From Octopus vulgaris (lineage: Eukaryota), in the NCBI GenBank assembly GCA_951406725.2, contig OX597824.1, forward strand, positions 31,992,001 through 32,056,000: a DNA stretch of 64,000 bases, written 5' to 3'. A model generated the notes under the pieces. That model was not told where the DNA came from and ran no database searches. It saw nothing but the letters and a program-made list of their open reading frames with translations. The position numbers and the translations under genes are program-made. Of the stretch, positions 28,239 to 42,500 are shown piece by piece. The first letter of the stretch is position 1, and each line of letters starts with the position of its first letter.

Positions 28239-28650
28239 GGATCTTTTCGGTTTGAACGGCAGTTTTTTTTTAATAATTTCCATGTAACTAAACACTTTTA
28301 AACTTCGTACACTGGTAGAATGTGTTTATAAAACATTTTTTCTCTTGGCTTTATTGAGAAAATTCTATAGTTTGTAAGATATTTGTTGTTTTTTTTTCTT
28401 CAATTTTTGCAATTTCAACCAATCAGTGATGTCTATTGAGGTGAAAATATTCTGTGCCATATAAATATGTCCCTCGTTTAAGAAACAGATTCGGTTTATT
28501 TACATTTGTGAAGAAAAAAAAGATACCCTTCCCCCACCCTTAACCCTAAAAGAGATTGAAATGCAATAGATCGATACTAGGGTCATTATTATAGGTGACA
28601 ATTTCATATGACACCGCTAGAAAATACTGCCGTTCACACCGAAAAGATCC
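28239..28650. mobile_element. MITE family M1 with perfect 8-bp TSD gtcgatca, inserted in a SINE B upstream of eIF4A3
   Basis: TSD at 28231-28238 and 28651-28658. Confidence 0.93.
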
Positions 28651-28837
28651 GTCGATCAAATCGACTAGCACCTCTGTACCCTAAATTCAGACCTTGTGTT
28701 CAGGACAGAAAGGATTATTTTAAGCATTTAACCTTCTGTGAACGACATGTAGAACATGTGTGCGCACCCAGTTCAGAAAAAATCAGTAAGCTCCCTTGAC
28801 TGAGAGCTCTCCGTTAAACTCCAGTAAATATTTAAAC

Positions 28838-28970
28838 ATGGCATCCAGACGTGTTTTGTCGGATGATCTGAAAAATATTGAATTTGAGACAAGTGAAGGT
28901 GTGGAAGTTACTCCTACTTTCGATAATATGGGATTGAGGGAAGAATTACTTCGTGGAATCTATGGTTATG
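28838..28970 (+). CDS. EIF4A3: eIF4A3 coding exon 1 ([10 protein letters not shown]...LRGIYGY)
   Basis: ATG in aaacATGg context; donor gtaagt at 28971. Confidence 0.93.
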
Positions 28971-29749
28971 GTAAGTATATATACATATGTTTTTAAGGTT
29001 TGATAGATTAGAATTAAATCTCAACATGCTCCTTTCCTCCATTTGTGTATACATATTTTTAAAAAATGTTGGGGGATTATTTGAAATTGTTTAAATATAT
29101 TAGAATTATTTATAAATTACTCCTTACTTGTTTATAAACTGATTTAATAAAACACAGTATCAAATTCACATTTTCCGTACATTTAGAAACAATGTATTCA
29201 TAATCTTACGTCTATGTATGTATTTGTATTGCAAGATTCATGTGAAACCGTGTGTTGACTATCTCCAAATATAACAATACTCATAGAATATTTATTTAAT
29301 TTCAAATATATTTTCATATTATCTTCTTGTGAGCAAACGTACCAAAACATTAAATAGTATAATAATAATAACAACAACATTTATGTATGTCTATAGCTAA
29401 ATATTATTTCGATTTTGATAATTTCGTGAGCTTTTCAAATAATTTGAGGAATTTTTCGTTAATTGAAAAATCATGTAATCTAAATGTAATTTCATTTAAT
29501 TAATAAAATCTTAAATTGTGATTAATCATATTTTTCCTAAAATATCTGCAGATATTCGAACTGATTAAGGAATGTTATATAATTCAATATTGATCCATTT
29601 TGCTGTTTAGATAAATAATTGAAAATGATCATCAGTAGTTTAGATTTATTGATTTTATTTAGTAAATAATGTGCACATGGTTTTTCAGTTTACGAAAAAG
29701 AGTGTTTAAAAAAATGGCGATCTTTGTGTGTGTGTATATATATATATAT

Positions 29750-29781
<32 letters not shown>

Positions 29782-29786
29782 AAGAT

Positions 29787-29817
<31 letters not shown>

Positions 29818-32800
29818 GCTGAAGGATATGTCTTCACAAATTATTGTTTCGTGAATTATTTGCTCCGCATTGAAATTATATTTATAGATGTGACCGGTCT
29901 ATGCGGGTTACACTGGGTTTCATCTATCTTTATTTACTTCTATAACTTAGTGTGCTTTTTCAGCTTTATGATTTACCGACTATATATATATATTGTGTGT
30001 GTGTGTGTATATATATATTTATATGTGTGTGTATTTATATCTATCTATCTATATATATATATATATATATATGATGATTGCTTCATTGACAGATGATAGC
30101 CATCCCATCAACACACACACCACACCACAATCACTCTGTTGATGAGCCCTTAGATGACTTTTGAGGCCAGCTGCTGACTGACAGGGTTTAAAACACAAGT
30201 GACAGATATATTCAAGTTTCTTCTCTATCTTTGCCCTTTGGAATCTGATTCTGAAGGATCGCCAATGTTTTTGTGAACAAGCATGTCTTTTAAGTCCAGA
30301 TATATATATATATAATACGTCTGTGTGTGTTGCGGGAATAATAGTGAAAAAAAAAATGAGGTAATACAAAACTAGGCTTGGGTATTATGAGTAAGCGAAA
30401 CGAACATATAAAAACTTAAAAAGTCCCATATTAAATGGAAATATATTGATTTGACATTTTATTCAGTTAAATATTTACAAATTTATTTTTATAACTTCTT
30501 AGGGATGTTTCGGTATTATTACTGTTATTTTTCCATCGAGAATTTTATTCTCTTCTGAGCTGATTTTGGCTTTTTATTTTTTTTTTGCACTACGCTCTTA
30601 AAAACAATGGGAAAAGCCTTGGTCAAACTTGTGAATTTTCCGAGTCCTCTCCCCCACCCCCCTTTCGCGAGCGCGCATTTTTTTTTTTTTTTTTTTGTCA
30701 TATTCGTTTAGAGCAAGTTGTTTTACGCATATTACATTATTATTTTTTTGTTTTTGATTTTGTGCCCGGGTCAGACCCTCAGACGCTTTCGGAAATTCAC
30801 GATGTGAATTTTCCGAGGAAATCCCTCACCCTCCTTTCGCGAGCGCGCATTTTTTTTTTTTTTGTAATATTCGTTTAGAGGAAGTTGTTTTACACCTATT
30901 ACACAATTTTTTTAAAATTTTTATGCCCGGGTCAAACGCTTTAGTTTGACCAAAGCGAGCCTTTTCGGTAAAGAAAAGATTGTAAATATTTTCAGATGAA
31001 GTGTGTGATTTAAGGGAGATTTGGCTGTTGCTTCTCACACAACTCATATCCACCTTCCTCTTTGTCGCTCCCACATGTATTGTACCTAACCAAAAATCGT
31101 CAAAAGGTTTATCAAATTATCGAAATTGGAATAATGGCATTTAAAGTTATTTATCTCTACCCTCCCTTGAATGCTTTACCGAGCTGTATTAATTTTCCGA
31201 CTGAGAAAAAGGAAAGCGATCTACTAAATTGTATGTATAGTTAAATAAACTATTAAAATTGTCGACAAATATAATAAGAGTACAATATCTGGTTAGACAA
31301 TCTCATTGCGTGGCGCAAAATTCAACTGGAACTGAAAGTTAACAACAGAAATTAAAAACCGACTCGGAATTACAAATGGCGAAATGTATTCAGTTTTATT
31401 GAAGATGTGCGTACTATTTGTGAAAATTTTACTTCAAATACGAAAGAAAAAAAACCCAACTTTTTTTCATTTCAAGATCAAACGAAAGCCTCTAAAAAGT
31501 TTCGAAAGAAAAATCTTTGGATCTTTTCGGTTTGAACAGCAGTTTTTCTAGGTAACTAAAACATTTTTAACTTTGTATACTGGTAGAATGTGTTTATAAA
31601 ACATCTTTTTCTCTTGGATTTATTGAGAAAATTCTATAGTTTTGTAAGATATTTGTTGTTTTTTTTCTTCAATTTCAACCAATCACTGACGTGTATTGAG
31701 GTAAGATGCATTCAGTGCCATATGAATATGTCCCTCGTTTAAGAAACAGATTGGGTTTATTTACATTTGTGAAGAAAAAAAGATACCCTCCCCCCAACCC
31801 TAACCCTAAAAGAGATTGAAATGCAATAGATCGATACTAGGGTCATAATTATGGGTGACAATTTCATATGACACCGCTAGAAAAAACTACCGTTCAAACC
31901 GAAAAGATCCAAATTTTTTAACCTTCAAATACTTCTGTAAAGTTTACTTTTCAAATGAAATTGAAATGTGCAAAAGTCTTGGACATTGAGTCATTCTGTA
32001 ACTGCTGCCAATAAATGTGTGTGTGTAAAATATCTTCATTTGTGCAAGAAACGAAATTAGCAAAAGTGCAGGTTTTGTCAGTAAATTTAATTTTCTGTAA
32101 GTTTATTGGTGCATTTCGTTTTTATTGTTTCGGTTCGTGTGTGTATGTGTGTATATATATATATGTGTGTGTGTGTATATATATATGTGTGTGAGTGTGT
32201 GTGTGTGTGTATATATATATGTGTGTGTATATGTATATCTGTGTGTGTATATGTATATCTGTGTGTGTGTATGTATATCTGTGTGTGTGTATATGTATAT
32301 GTGTGTATATATGTGTGTGTGTATATGTATATGTGTGTGTATATATATGTATATGTGTGTATATGTATATATATAATATATGTGTGTGTATGTATGTGTG
32401 TATATATATATGTATAATATGTGTGTGTATGTATGTATGTATATATATATATATATATATATATAGCAATAAAAAACATGGAGGGGATCAATAGGTGGCT
32501 CATCAACTTTTGGACATGTTAACTTATTTACTAAACTGATAATTACAATATATATTAATATATTTTGTATGTATATTCTTGTAATTGTCAGTTTAGTAAA
32601 TAAATAAGTTAACATAATATAATGTCTAAAAGTTGATGAACCACCTATTGATCCCCTCCATTTTCTTATTGCTATATAAATTAATGGTAAAATATCTCTT
32701 TACATTCACCCATTTAGTACACTAGGTAATGTAATTGCAATGCAATAAAAAAACACTTGTATATTAATAATTGGGTATTCTACAAGCAGTATATTGGATA

Positions 32801-33542
32801 GATATTATCATCCCTTTGTGGGTTGGATTCACAACCTCTTTCTTGGAGTTATATATATATATATGATGATGAGATATATATATATATATATATCAAAATA
32901 AGCAACAAGGATATCCAGGGGTAATGCAGTAAAATCGTTTCATGCGACTCCATTTAATTGAACAATGCAATCATTTCATTACATCAAATCACCTTATTTT
33001 TAAATTGCATAGATAATACCGTACTAAATTCTGGTGCCTCAACTTAAGTACCATATTCATCTGAATCTAAATTTATATATATATGTGACCTCGTCTGTAT
33101 CACTAGCGATTTTTTTCCCATGTCTTCCCTTCTCGGGATCTTTCCATCTCCTATGTTTCCGATGAAGAGCTCCGCTCGAAACGTCAAACCCTCCTTCTTT
33201 CCTGAGCGTCCAATAATACTTTATTTGTTCCACGTCCTTGCGTTGTTGTTTTTTTGTTTTTGTTTTCTTGTTTGGATTAACTTTATATATATATATTGTC
33301 TTTGAAAAAACTTTTCTTCACCCATTTCCTTCCGGTCTTTCAAAATGTGACCGTGTGTGTACCGTTGGCGATTTTTTTTTCCTCTGTCTTCCCTTCTCTG
33401 GATCTTTCCTTCTCCTATGTTTCCGACGAAGAGCTCTGCTCGAAACGTTAAACCCTCCTTCTTTCCTGAGCGTCCAATAATACTATATTTGTTCCACATC
33501 CTCGCGTTGTTGTGTTTTTTTGTGCTTTCTTGTTTGGATTAG

Positions 33543-33594
<52 letters not shown>

Positions 33595-36500
33595 AATAAG
33601 TTAGGGATTGTGGATCCAACCCACTAAGGGATAATACTTATCCAATATACTGTTGGTATAATACCCAATTATTAATACACAAGTGTTTTTAATTGCAAGT
33701 AAGGGATTATAGTTGGAGTGTACAAGGGAGGGGAAGAGCAAAGAAAAAAATAGAGCCCATCATTTAAAAAATTATACTAATAAAAAATACTACAAAATAC
33801 ATATAAGATCATTTATGAATACACATATATATGTTTGCCTGTGTGTCACTGATGCATTCCACCATGTGCATGCAAGTTGCTATATGTATGTGCATACCAT
33901 ATGTACCTTGATATCTAAGTGGTTGGAAAACACGGCATAAATCATATACTGTAGCAGACATGTCAAACTTTCTCTACGGCACAACCAGAAGGAAAAGAAG
34001 AAAAAAACTACTGGCTTATTAAGTCAGTATATATACATTGGTGTGAGTATTAGGTTAATAAACATGAATTGGTGTGTTTTATTTCTTTTATTTATTTCAG
34101 TCATTAGACTGCAACTATGCTAGGACATTGCATTGAAGAATTTTAATCAAATGAATCAGCCCTAGTACTTTTTTAAGCCTGGTACTTATTCTGTTGGTTC
34201 ATACAATGGTGTCTATAAATGTACATTGGTATGTTTTGTGCATGAGCAGGATTATATGCTTTGCGTATGTGAGCAACATGTTCATTAATACTGAAATATT
34301 ATATTCCTTATTTCTTTTAGTTATTAGACTGAAAATTGGAGGGTCATTAAATTGTAATTTGATACATATCATCCCAAAAATGAAGCCATTGGACTTATCT
34401 GTACATGCACTGACACACACTCACACATGCACAGTCTATTCCAAGAGACAAAAGTAGTAACACACAGGTGTTGATGTGTTTACATCCCTGTAACTTATTG
34501 GTTCAGCAAAAGTGACTGATAGAATATTAGATTTTAAAGAAAAGAAAGTACTGAAGTTGATTCATTTGACTAAAATTCTTCATGGCTGCTGTCTAATGAC
34601 TGAACCCAGGTTAAAGAAATAACTTACTCATGTTCCACACCATGCACAAATGCATTGCACACTCACAGAATCCACTATGTCAATCAAGCTGACATCTGCA
34701 CACATACGAACACACGAACATGTACTCACATGATGCATATGCATACATTCTCTCTCCCTCTCTCACTTACATTCATATAAATATTGGCCCTGCAAGCTTG
34801 GATGATAGAAAAACAGATAGACCTGGAGTAGAGAGGGTATGTCGTTGATGAGGTTGCAAATGGTGATGAAAGGACTGTGATAAACCTAACTGATTGATTG
34901 ACTGAACCATTAATCAAACAATCAAGTAATTAAATGGTTAAATAATAATAAAAAAAGTGAAACTGAACCATTGCTTATGCTTATTATTGGCCCTCTTGAG
35001 ATACAACCAAATAAGTTTCAACACATCTGTTCACATCAAGAATCTTGCAAACCAAATACAAGAGCAAAATATAGTTGTTATTTATTGATTCATTGTTTTC
35101 TCAGAATAATTGCAAAATATAAGAAGGAAAAATAAGACAATTGTCTCTATTCTGTATTTACAGGTTTTGAGAAACCATCTGCTATTCAACAGAGAGCTAT
35201 AAAACCAATTATTAATGGCAGAGATGTTATCGCTCAGTAAGTAATGCTGTATATATATATATATATTGGTACCTCTTAAAATGTTAGTGCTGGTGCAACA
35301 TAAAAGGCATCCAGTACACTCTGTAAAGTGGTTGGCATTAGGAAGGGCATTGAGCCATAGAAACCTTGCCAAAACAGACAACTGGAGCTTGGTACAGTTC
35401 TCCAACTTGCCAGCCCCTGTCAAACCATCCAACCCATGCCAGCATGGAAGATAGATGTTAAATGATGATGATGAGAGGAGGGGAGATTGTTATGTAATTA
35501 TTATGTAGTAAGGCAACTGTGGTAAATTAACTGTTAACTGTATTGGTGAAGTAGCAATATGAGCAGGACATGGGAGATCAGCACAGTTTGACCACACAGA
35601 AACCCACTTTTACTTGGTCATTTTCATGTCAAAATACATTTTTTTTCTGTGGACAATTATATATTGAAAGTTCTGGATGTAAACTTTCTTCTCATACTTT
35701 TGATGTTTCCCTCAATCACCCTCGTATTTCCTCCCATTCACAAAGTTCATCCTGTCTTTGATTTCTGAATGGTAGCCCTTGTTCTAATTCAATACGCTGA
35801 AGCACTAGAGGACTATTTTTACTTTATTATGATACAAAAATCGATGTGGGGAAGGTCAGATAATTGTTATGATATATGAAAGTGAAAATGTTATCACTAA
35901 TAAAAATTAGTGATAACTTAGAAAAGAACATTTTCTTCAAGAATTTTATACTGTAAAAAAGAAAAATTTCTCCTGAATTTAATATGGCCATATAGCAGAA
36001 AAACACAAAGTCAATAAAAAGGGGACTGCCAGCTGCTGATATAGGTTTAACTCTCACTAACGCTTCTTGAGAAACTGACATATTCTTATGCAGCAAGAGC
36101 TGAAACAGAACACAAATCTAAGGCTTCAAATATCAAATTTGAGCTAGAATTTCAAGAAATAGATGAGCTAATTACTATGTAAACCTATTTCTGCACTAAA
36201 TTGAGCTACTTAAGTTTTCTGGAACCCCAAATTAGCATGGAATCATCATAGTGAGAATGTTCTTTATTCCCTCTCGCTGTTTAACAATGTATGGAGAGCA
36301 ACGTCTGAATTTTACCAAGCAGATATTCCTGTACATGTAAATTTCATTTTTCTTAGAAAAATATTGGTCAAATTTCACCAATAAAAATTATATTGTGCTA
36401 TGAATATTATTTTGTAGGCTTAAAATCCAATGTTATTTTTTTTTTTTTTCATTTTATAGTTAAGATTATTTAAAGCAAAACATTTGAACACCAGGACACT

Positions 36501-39500
36501 GTCGCAAACAATAATATTAAATTATAAGTTGTTGCTTCACCTCTTTATTTCCAAAATAGCTAAAATTTAAAGTGTAACAGTGGATACTTGCACAGCAAAC
36601 CATTGCAAGCTAGTATTGTAAGAGTATAGACTATGGTCATGATAGAATTGAAATAACTTTCCAGAATGATTCACAAAGATGTGTCTGTGTGTCCTTGTGT
36701 CTGTGTTTGTTCCCTACTCACATACACTGCTAGAAAACTGGTGTTGGTTTGTTTACATCACCATAACATAACTTAGTGGTTTAACAAAAGGGACTGACTA
36801 AGTACTAGACTTGCAAAAAACAATAAGTACTGCAGTCAGTTTCTTCAGTTAAACTCTCGATGGTGGTGCCCCAGCATGGTCACATTCCAGTGACTGAAAC
36901 AAGTAAAAAATAAATAGTTGATGCTAGAATTTATTTCTTTGTGTTAAATTTGTATTTCACATTTTATCCTCTTTATTACAGAGCTCAGTCTGGCACTGGG
37001 AAAACAGCTACTTTTGCTCTGTCCATTCTACAATGTCTTGATACACAGACCCGAGAAACACAAGCTTTGGTTCTATCTCCAACTAGAGAATTGGCTGTTC
37101 AGATTCAGAAGGTAAGGTTCAAGTAAATTTAGTTTAAAAAAAAAAAAAGATAATTTGTCAAATGAATTGACATCCATCATGTAGTAAACATATGGAGATC
37201 TTACATAATGTAAATAAGATGCCTCCTTGCAGAATCATTGATGGTCTGCATACAATTACATTATAAACAGCCACTACAGGGCATACAAATAGCCACAATG
37301 GTGAAACTTGTATAGGGAACAAGTGGTATTATTTGCATCTTGTGTTTATCCTTTTTCCCGTATATTTGTTTCATGCATCATGACCAGTAGTAATACCATT
37401 ATGTACAGAAGTTACCACACTTCTTTACAGGAAGTAACATGCTCTACAACAGTGGCTCTTGGAGGTCCACATAGGACTTTCAGCATCATCGTTTAATGTT
37501 CGTTTTCCATGCTGGCATGGGTTGGACAGTTCGACTGGGGGTCTGGGAAGCCAGGAGGCTGCACCAGACTCCAATCTGATCTGGCAATGTTTCTACAGCT
37601 GGATGCCCTTCCTAACGCCAACCACTCCAAGAGTGTAGTGGGTGCTTTTTATGTGCCACCGGCACAGGGGCCAAAGGAGGCTGGCATCGACCATGATCAG
37701 ATGGTGCTTTTTACGTGCCACCAGTACAGAGACCACAACTACAATTTCCATTTGATTGTGATTTGATCTTGATGTACTTGACTAATAGGTCTCCTCAAGC
37801 ATGGCATGTCGCCCTATGATGCAAGGGTACTTTTGAGTTGGCAGGTTATGCAATACTGGTGTAGGTTACGGCTGTAATCTCACTTTACTTGCCAAGCCTT
37901 CTCAGTCACAGCTTATCTTCAGAAGTCCCTGTCTTTCGTCATTTCCTCTGTGAGGCCCAACGTTTGAAGGTCGTGTCTTCCTGGGTCTCCCTCTACACTG
38001 GATTCCTTCCATTGTTTGGGAGTGGCACTTCTTCACATAGCTCTCCTCATCCATCCATAGTACATGACCATACCAATGCAAACGTCTCTCTTGCATACCA
38101 CATCCAATGTTTCTTATGTCCAACATTTCTCTCGGCACTTAAACTCTGTCATGTGTGCACACTGACATTACACATCCAGTGGATCATGCTAACTTCATTT
38201 CTTTTGAACCTACACATGTCTTCAGCAGTCACGGCCCATGTTTCATTGCCGTGAAGAATGGCAGTTCGCACACATGTATCATACGATCTACCTTTCACTC
38301 TGAGTGAGAAGCCCTTTGTCACCAGTAGGGGTAGAAGCTGTCTGAACTTTGCCCAGCCAATACTTATTCTAGTGGTAACGCTCACTGAATATCCACCCTC
38401 ATCGTGACTGATGCCGGACCCCCCGGCCCCTGTGCAGGTGGCACGTAAAAAGCACCCACTCCACTCACGGAGTGGTTGGCGTTAGGAAGGGCATCCAGCC
38501 GTAGAAACTCTGCCAGATCAGACTGGAGCCTGGAGCGGCCCCTGGCTTCCCAGACCCCGGTCGAACCGTCCAACCCGTGCTAGCGCGGAAAACGGACGTT
38601 AAATGATGATGATGACTACTGACTTGGTCCCCTAGGTAGCGGAAACTATCAACTACTTCTAGTTTCTTCCCCTGGCATGTGATGGAATCTATTTTCTGAA
38701 CATCTGTGGTATTTATTGCCCCAGTGCGTCTGCCGCACACAAAAGCTATCTTCCTGGTTAATCTTCCTTTGATGTTGCTGCACCTCTTGTGCATCTATAG
38801 CTTTCACTGGGTACGTCTTATGGAGTTTCTACCTACACCTTTTCTACAGATCGAGCAGGGCCACCTACCTGAAGAGATGTGTGATGTGTTCGCCTTCCTG
38901 TCTTTGCGACATTGACTCTAAGGCCCTTCGACTCTAAACCTTTCTTCCACACCTGGAATTTCTTCTCCAGTTCTGGTAGTGATTCTGCTATGAGGGCCAG
39001 GTCATCAGAATAGAGGAGCAACCTGTGTTGAATTCCTCTATTATTGCCTGAAGGACTATGATGAATAAGAGGGGGGGCTGAGGGCTGATCTTTGGTGAAC
39101 CCTTATTTCTCCCCGGAATTCTTCACTATATGTTCAAGCTCATCCTGTCCTGCACTAATTTTTTTAATGACTTTCAACTTCTTTTAATTGATCCATCAGT
39201 TTGAGACTTCTGTAAATTGCCCCTTTCCTTTCCATCTTATTTGTCCTTGTTGTTGATGATGATGACACTGTTATATTATGCATGTAACATATCCTGTCAC
39301 TTTTCAGCACCCAAAGGAATTATCCCTGATAAACTAACTTTTCCTGAAAATCCAAGAATTTCCTCTTTCAAAATTAAAACAAAATAAAGAAATTAATCGA
39401 ATTTTTTTTTTCCAGGTTATTTTGGCTCTTGGAGATTACATGAATGTGCAGTGCCATGCTTGTATTGGTGGAACAAATATTGGTGATGATATTCGTAAAC

Positions 39501-42500
39501 TTGATTATGGGCAACATGTTGTATCAGGGACTCCTGGCAGGGTTTTTGGTAAGTAGCATGTGTTGTTTCTTCAAATATAATTTTATCTGGATTTCTATGA
39601 CCAATTTTGGAATTATTTGCTGTATATTCAAGAGAAATAGAATTCTATAAAAACTTAGGGCCTACAGTTTATATTATAAAATACTGACTTTCATGTAAAA
39701 ACATGTGGAATTGAATTTATTTGAAAATATAAATATTTGGTCATGTATTTTTAATGTATTGCCATATATCATTCAATTTTCTTTCTTTTTTTTTTTTTTT
39801 CCCTCCAGATATGATCCGAAGAAGAAATCTACGGACAAGGTCCATTAAAATGCTGGTCCTTGATGAATCTGATGAAATGTTGAATAAAGGCTTTAAAGAA
39901 CAAATTTATGATGTTTATCGATATCTTCCCCCAGCAACTCAAGTGCTACTTATTTCTGCCACCTTGCCTCATGAAATCCTTGAAATGACTGGCAAATTTA
40001 TGACTGATCCTGTCCGCATTTTAGTCAAACGGTAAGGCCAACATAGATTCTATCAACGTTCTTCGAGAAATAATCAATTTCACTCTCACATCTTGATCAG
40101 TGGTGTGGTTCTGTTGTAACGCAAAAAGCAGAAACCAACCAAATTTCATGGGCTCAAGTAACACTCTGGGAAATTTCTTTCTTATTTCTGCTAGATCAAA
40201 CTGGAGCCTGGTGCAGCCTTCTGGCTTCCCAGATCCCCGGTCGAACCGTCCAACTCATGCTAGCATGGAAAACGGACGTTAAACGATGATGATGATGATT
40301 TGTAATTAAAAAGCATTTTAAAAAGTCATTAAATATCACCGTCATTATTTCTGACTCGGCAAGCGCAAGTGAGACCATAACCTTGTGGCCTATGCCAGGG
40401 GTGTAACCAGTCCACTTATGCATGCCTTTACTTCATTGGACACTAAACTTTGCTTGCGAAGACCAGTTGAGGCAAGTGAAATCGAAGTCGGAATCAAACT
40501 CGATTGTGAAGACCTATTCAGGCAAGTGAAATCGAAATCAAACTTGGGGACTGGCATCCGTTGCTAGTGGAGCGCTAAGAGTACAATACAAGTGAGATCG
40601 TTGCCAGAGCAACAAGCTGGTCTTCGTGCTGATGGCACGTTAAAAACACCATTCGAGCATGATCATTACCTGCATTGCCTTATTAGCACTTGTGCTGGTG
40701 GCACATGAAAAAAACATTCGAGTGAGGTCATTCCCCGTGCCACTGGACTGGCTCCTGTGTAGGTGGCACATAAAAAGCACCATTTGAGCGTGGCTGTTGC
40801 CAGTACCACCAAACTGGCCCTCGTGTCGGTGGCACATAATAGCACCCACTACACTCTCGGAGTGGTTAGCGTTAGGAAGGGCATCCAGCTGTAGAAACTC
40901 TGCCAGATCAGATTGGAGTCTGGTTCGCCAGACCATAGTCAAATCGTCCAACCCATGCTAGTATGGAAAGCAGACATTAAACGATGATGATGATGATTAT
41001 TATTATTATTATTTCTTCATCTGTTTTTTTCCATACTGCTCAACATTTTGAGGTCAGTCTTCACTACATCATCCACAAGTTCCATCCATGTTTAGCAATC
41101 AGTACTTCTTTACACAACTGTCCTCATCCAGCCACATCACTACCGTACTGGCCTAATACACTTTGTAATGTGGTTGGCATTAGGAGAAGCAACCAGCTGT
41201 AGAAACCCTGCCAAAGCAGACATTGGAGCTCAGTGCAGCCCTTTGGTTCATCAGTGCCTATCAAACCATCCAACCCATGCCAGCAAGGAAAAAGGGACAT
41301 TAAAAGATGGTGATGATATAGATTAGATGGAACTTCCTTGAGACAGAAGTAGCAACCAAATCTCCATAATACCACCTCCTAAAAATGTAACAACTCATTG
41401 AACAGTGTAGCCCTCTGCAAGATAGCCATCACATAAGGTGGCGAGCTGGCAGAAACGTTAGCACACTGGGCAAAATGCTTAGCAGTATTTCATCTGCCAT
41501 TATGTTCTGAGTTCAGATCCCGCCGAGGTCGACTTTGCCTTTGATCCATTCGGGGTCGATAGATTAAGTACCAGTTACGCACTGGGGTCGATGTAGTCGA
41601 CTTAATCTCTTTGTCTGTCCTTGTTTGTCCCCTCTATGTTTAGCTCCTTGTAGTCAATAAAGAATCACTGGATTGTCTTTTCAATGATTTGTCTACTTGA
41701 TTAGAGGTAGCTAAATCTTGAATACAATGTCTGTTTCATAAAATGCTAATTTTTACTCCAAAACACAAATAGTTGAAAGGTTACTGAATCCATTTTAATA
41801 AATGCTTAACATCCCAGTTTGAAGTCCAGGAGACAAGAACTGCCATGTCTAGCTATATGACACTATCCTTCAGTGAAGAATTATTGCTTGTAACTCACTT
41901 CTGCATACACTAAATAAACACAGGCTTGGTTAAGAAGTAGACTTCCCAACCATCTTGTCCTTGAGTTCAGTCCCACTGCACAGCACCTTGGGCAAATGTC
42001 TTCTATAATCCCAGGCCAACCAAAGTCTTGTGCATGAATTTGGTAGAGAGAAACTGAAAGAAATCCATCATATGTATGTATGTGTGTGTATTTAAACACA
42101 CACACGGGCAGAACCCTAAACCATGTGATTGGAAAGCGAACTTCTTTCCATTCAGCCACACTTGCGTCTGTATGTTGAAATTATTTAACCATGTTACAAG
42201 AAATCATCATTTTAACATCTTCTTTTCCATGGGTTACACGGAATTGAGGTGGATTTTCAAGGTGGCACTGGCATCGACCACGTATGGATGGTGCTTTTTA
42301 CGTGCCACTGGCATAGGTGCCAGGGGAGGCTGGCAACGGCCATGATCAGTTGATGGTCACAATCAGTGCCTATCAAACCATCCAAGCCATGCCATTTAAT
42401 CTATATCATCACCATCTTTTAATGTCCCAGTTTTCAAGTAAGGTAATATTTCCCCGTGGTCTGACATGTTTTCATGGAAGATTGGAAATGAAGTGCACTT

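Noticed and set aside
28796-28837. In-frame upstream TTG extension of eIF4A3 suggested by the ORF track
   Set aside because: Alternative-start artefact of the ORF caller; the ATG at 28838 has good context and gives the expected protein length.
34844-34910. C/D-box-like arrangement (gtgatga...ctga with a tggt/acca stem) in eIF4A3 intron 1
   Set aside because: Too short for a typical snoRNA and I could not recognise an rRNA or snRNA guide. An Infernal or snoscan hit would be needed.
40630-40850. Regularly spaced gtggcac(g/a)taaaaagcacc repeats resembling a CRISPR array
   Set aside because: Eukaryotic context, degenerate repeats, related spacers and no cas genes; these are internal subrepeats of SINE family C.
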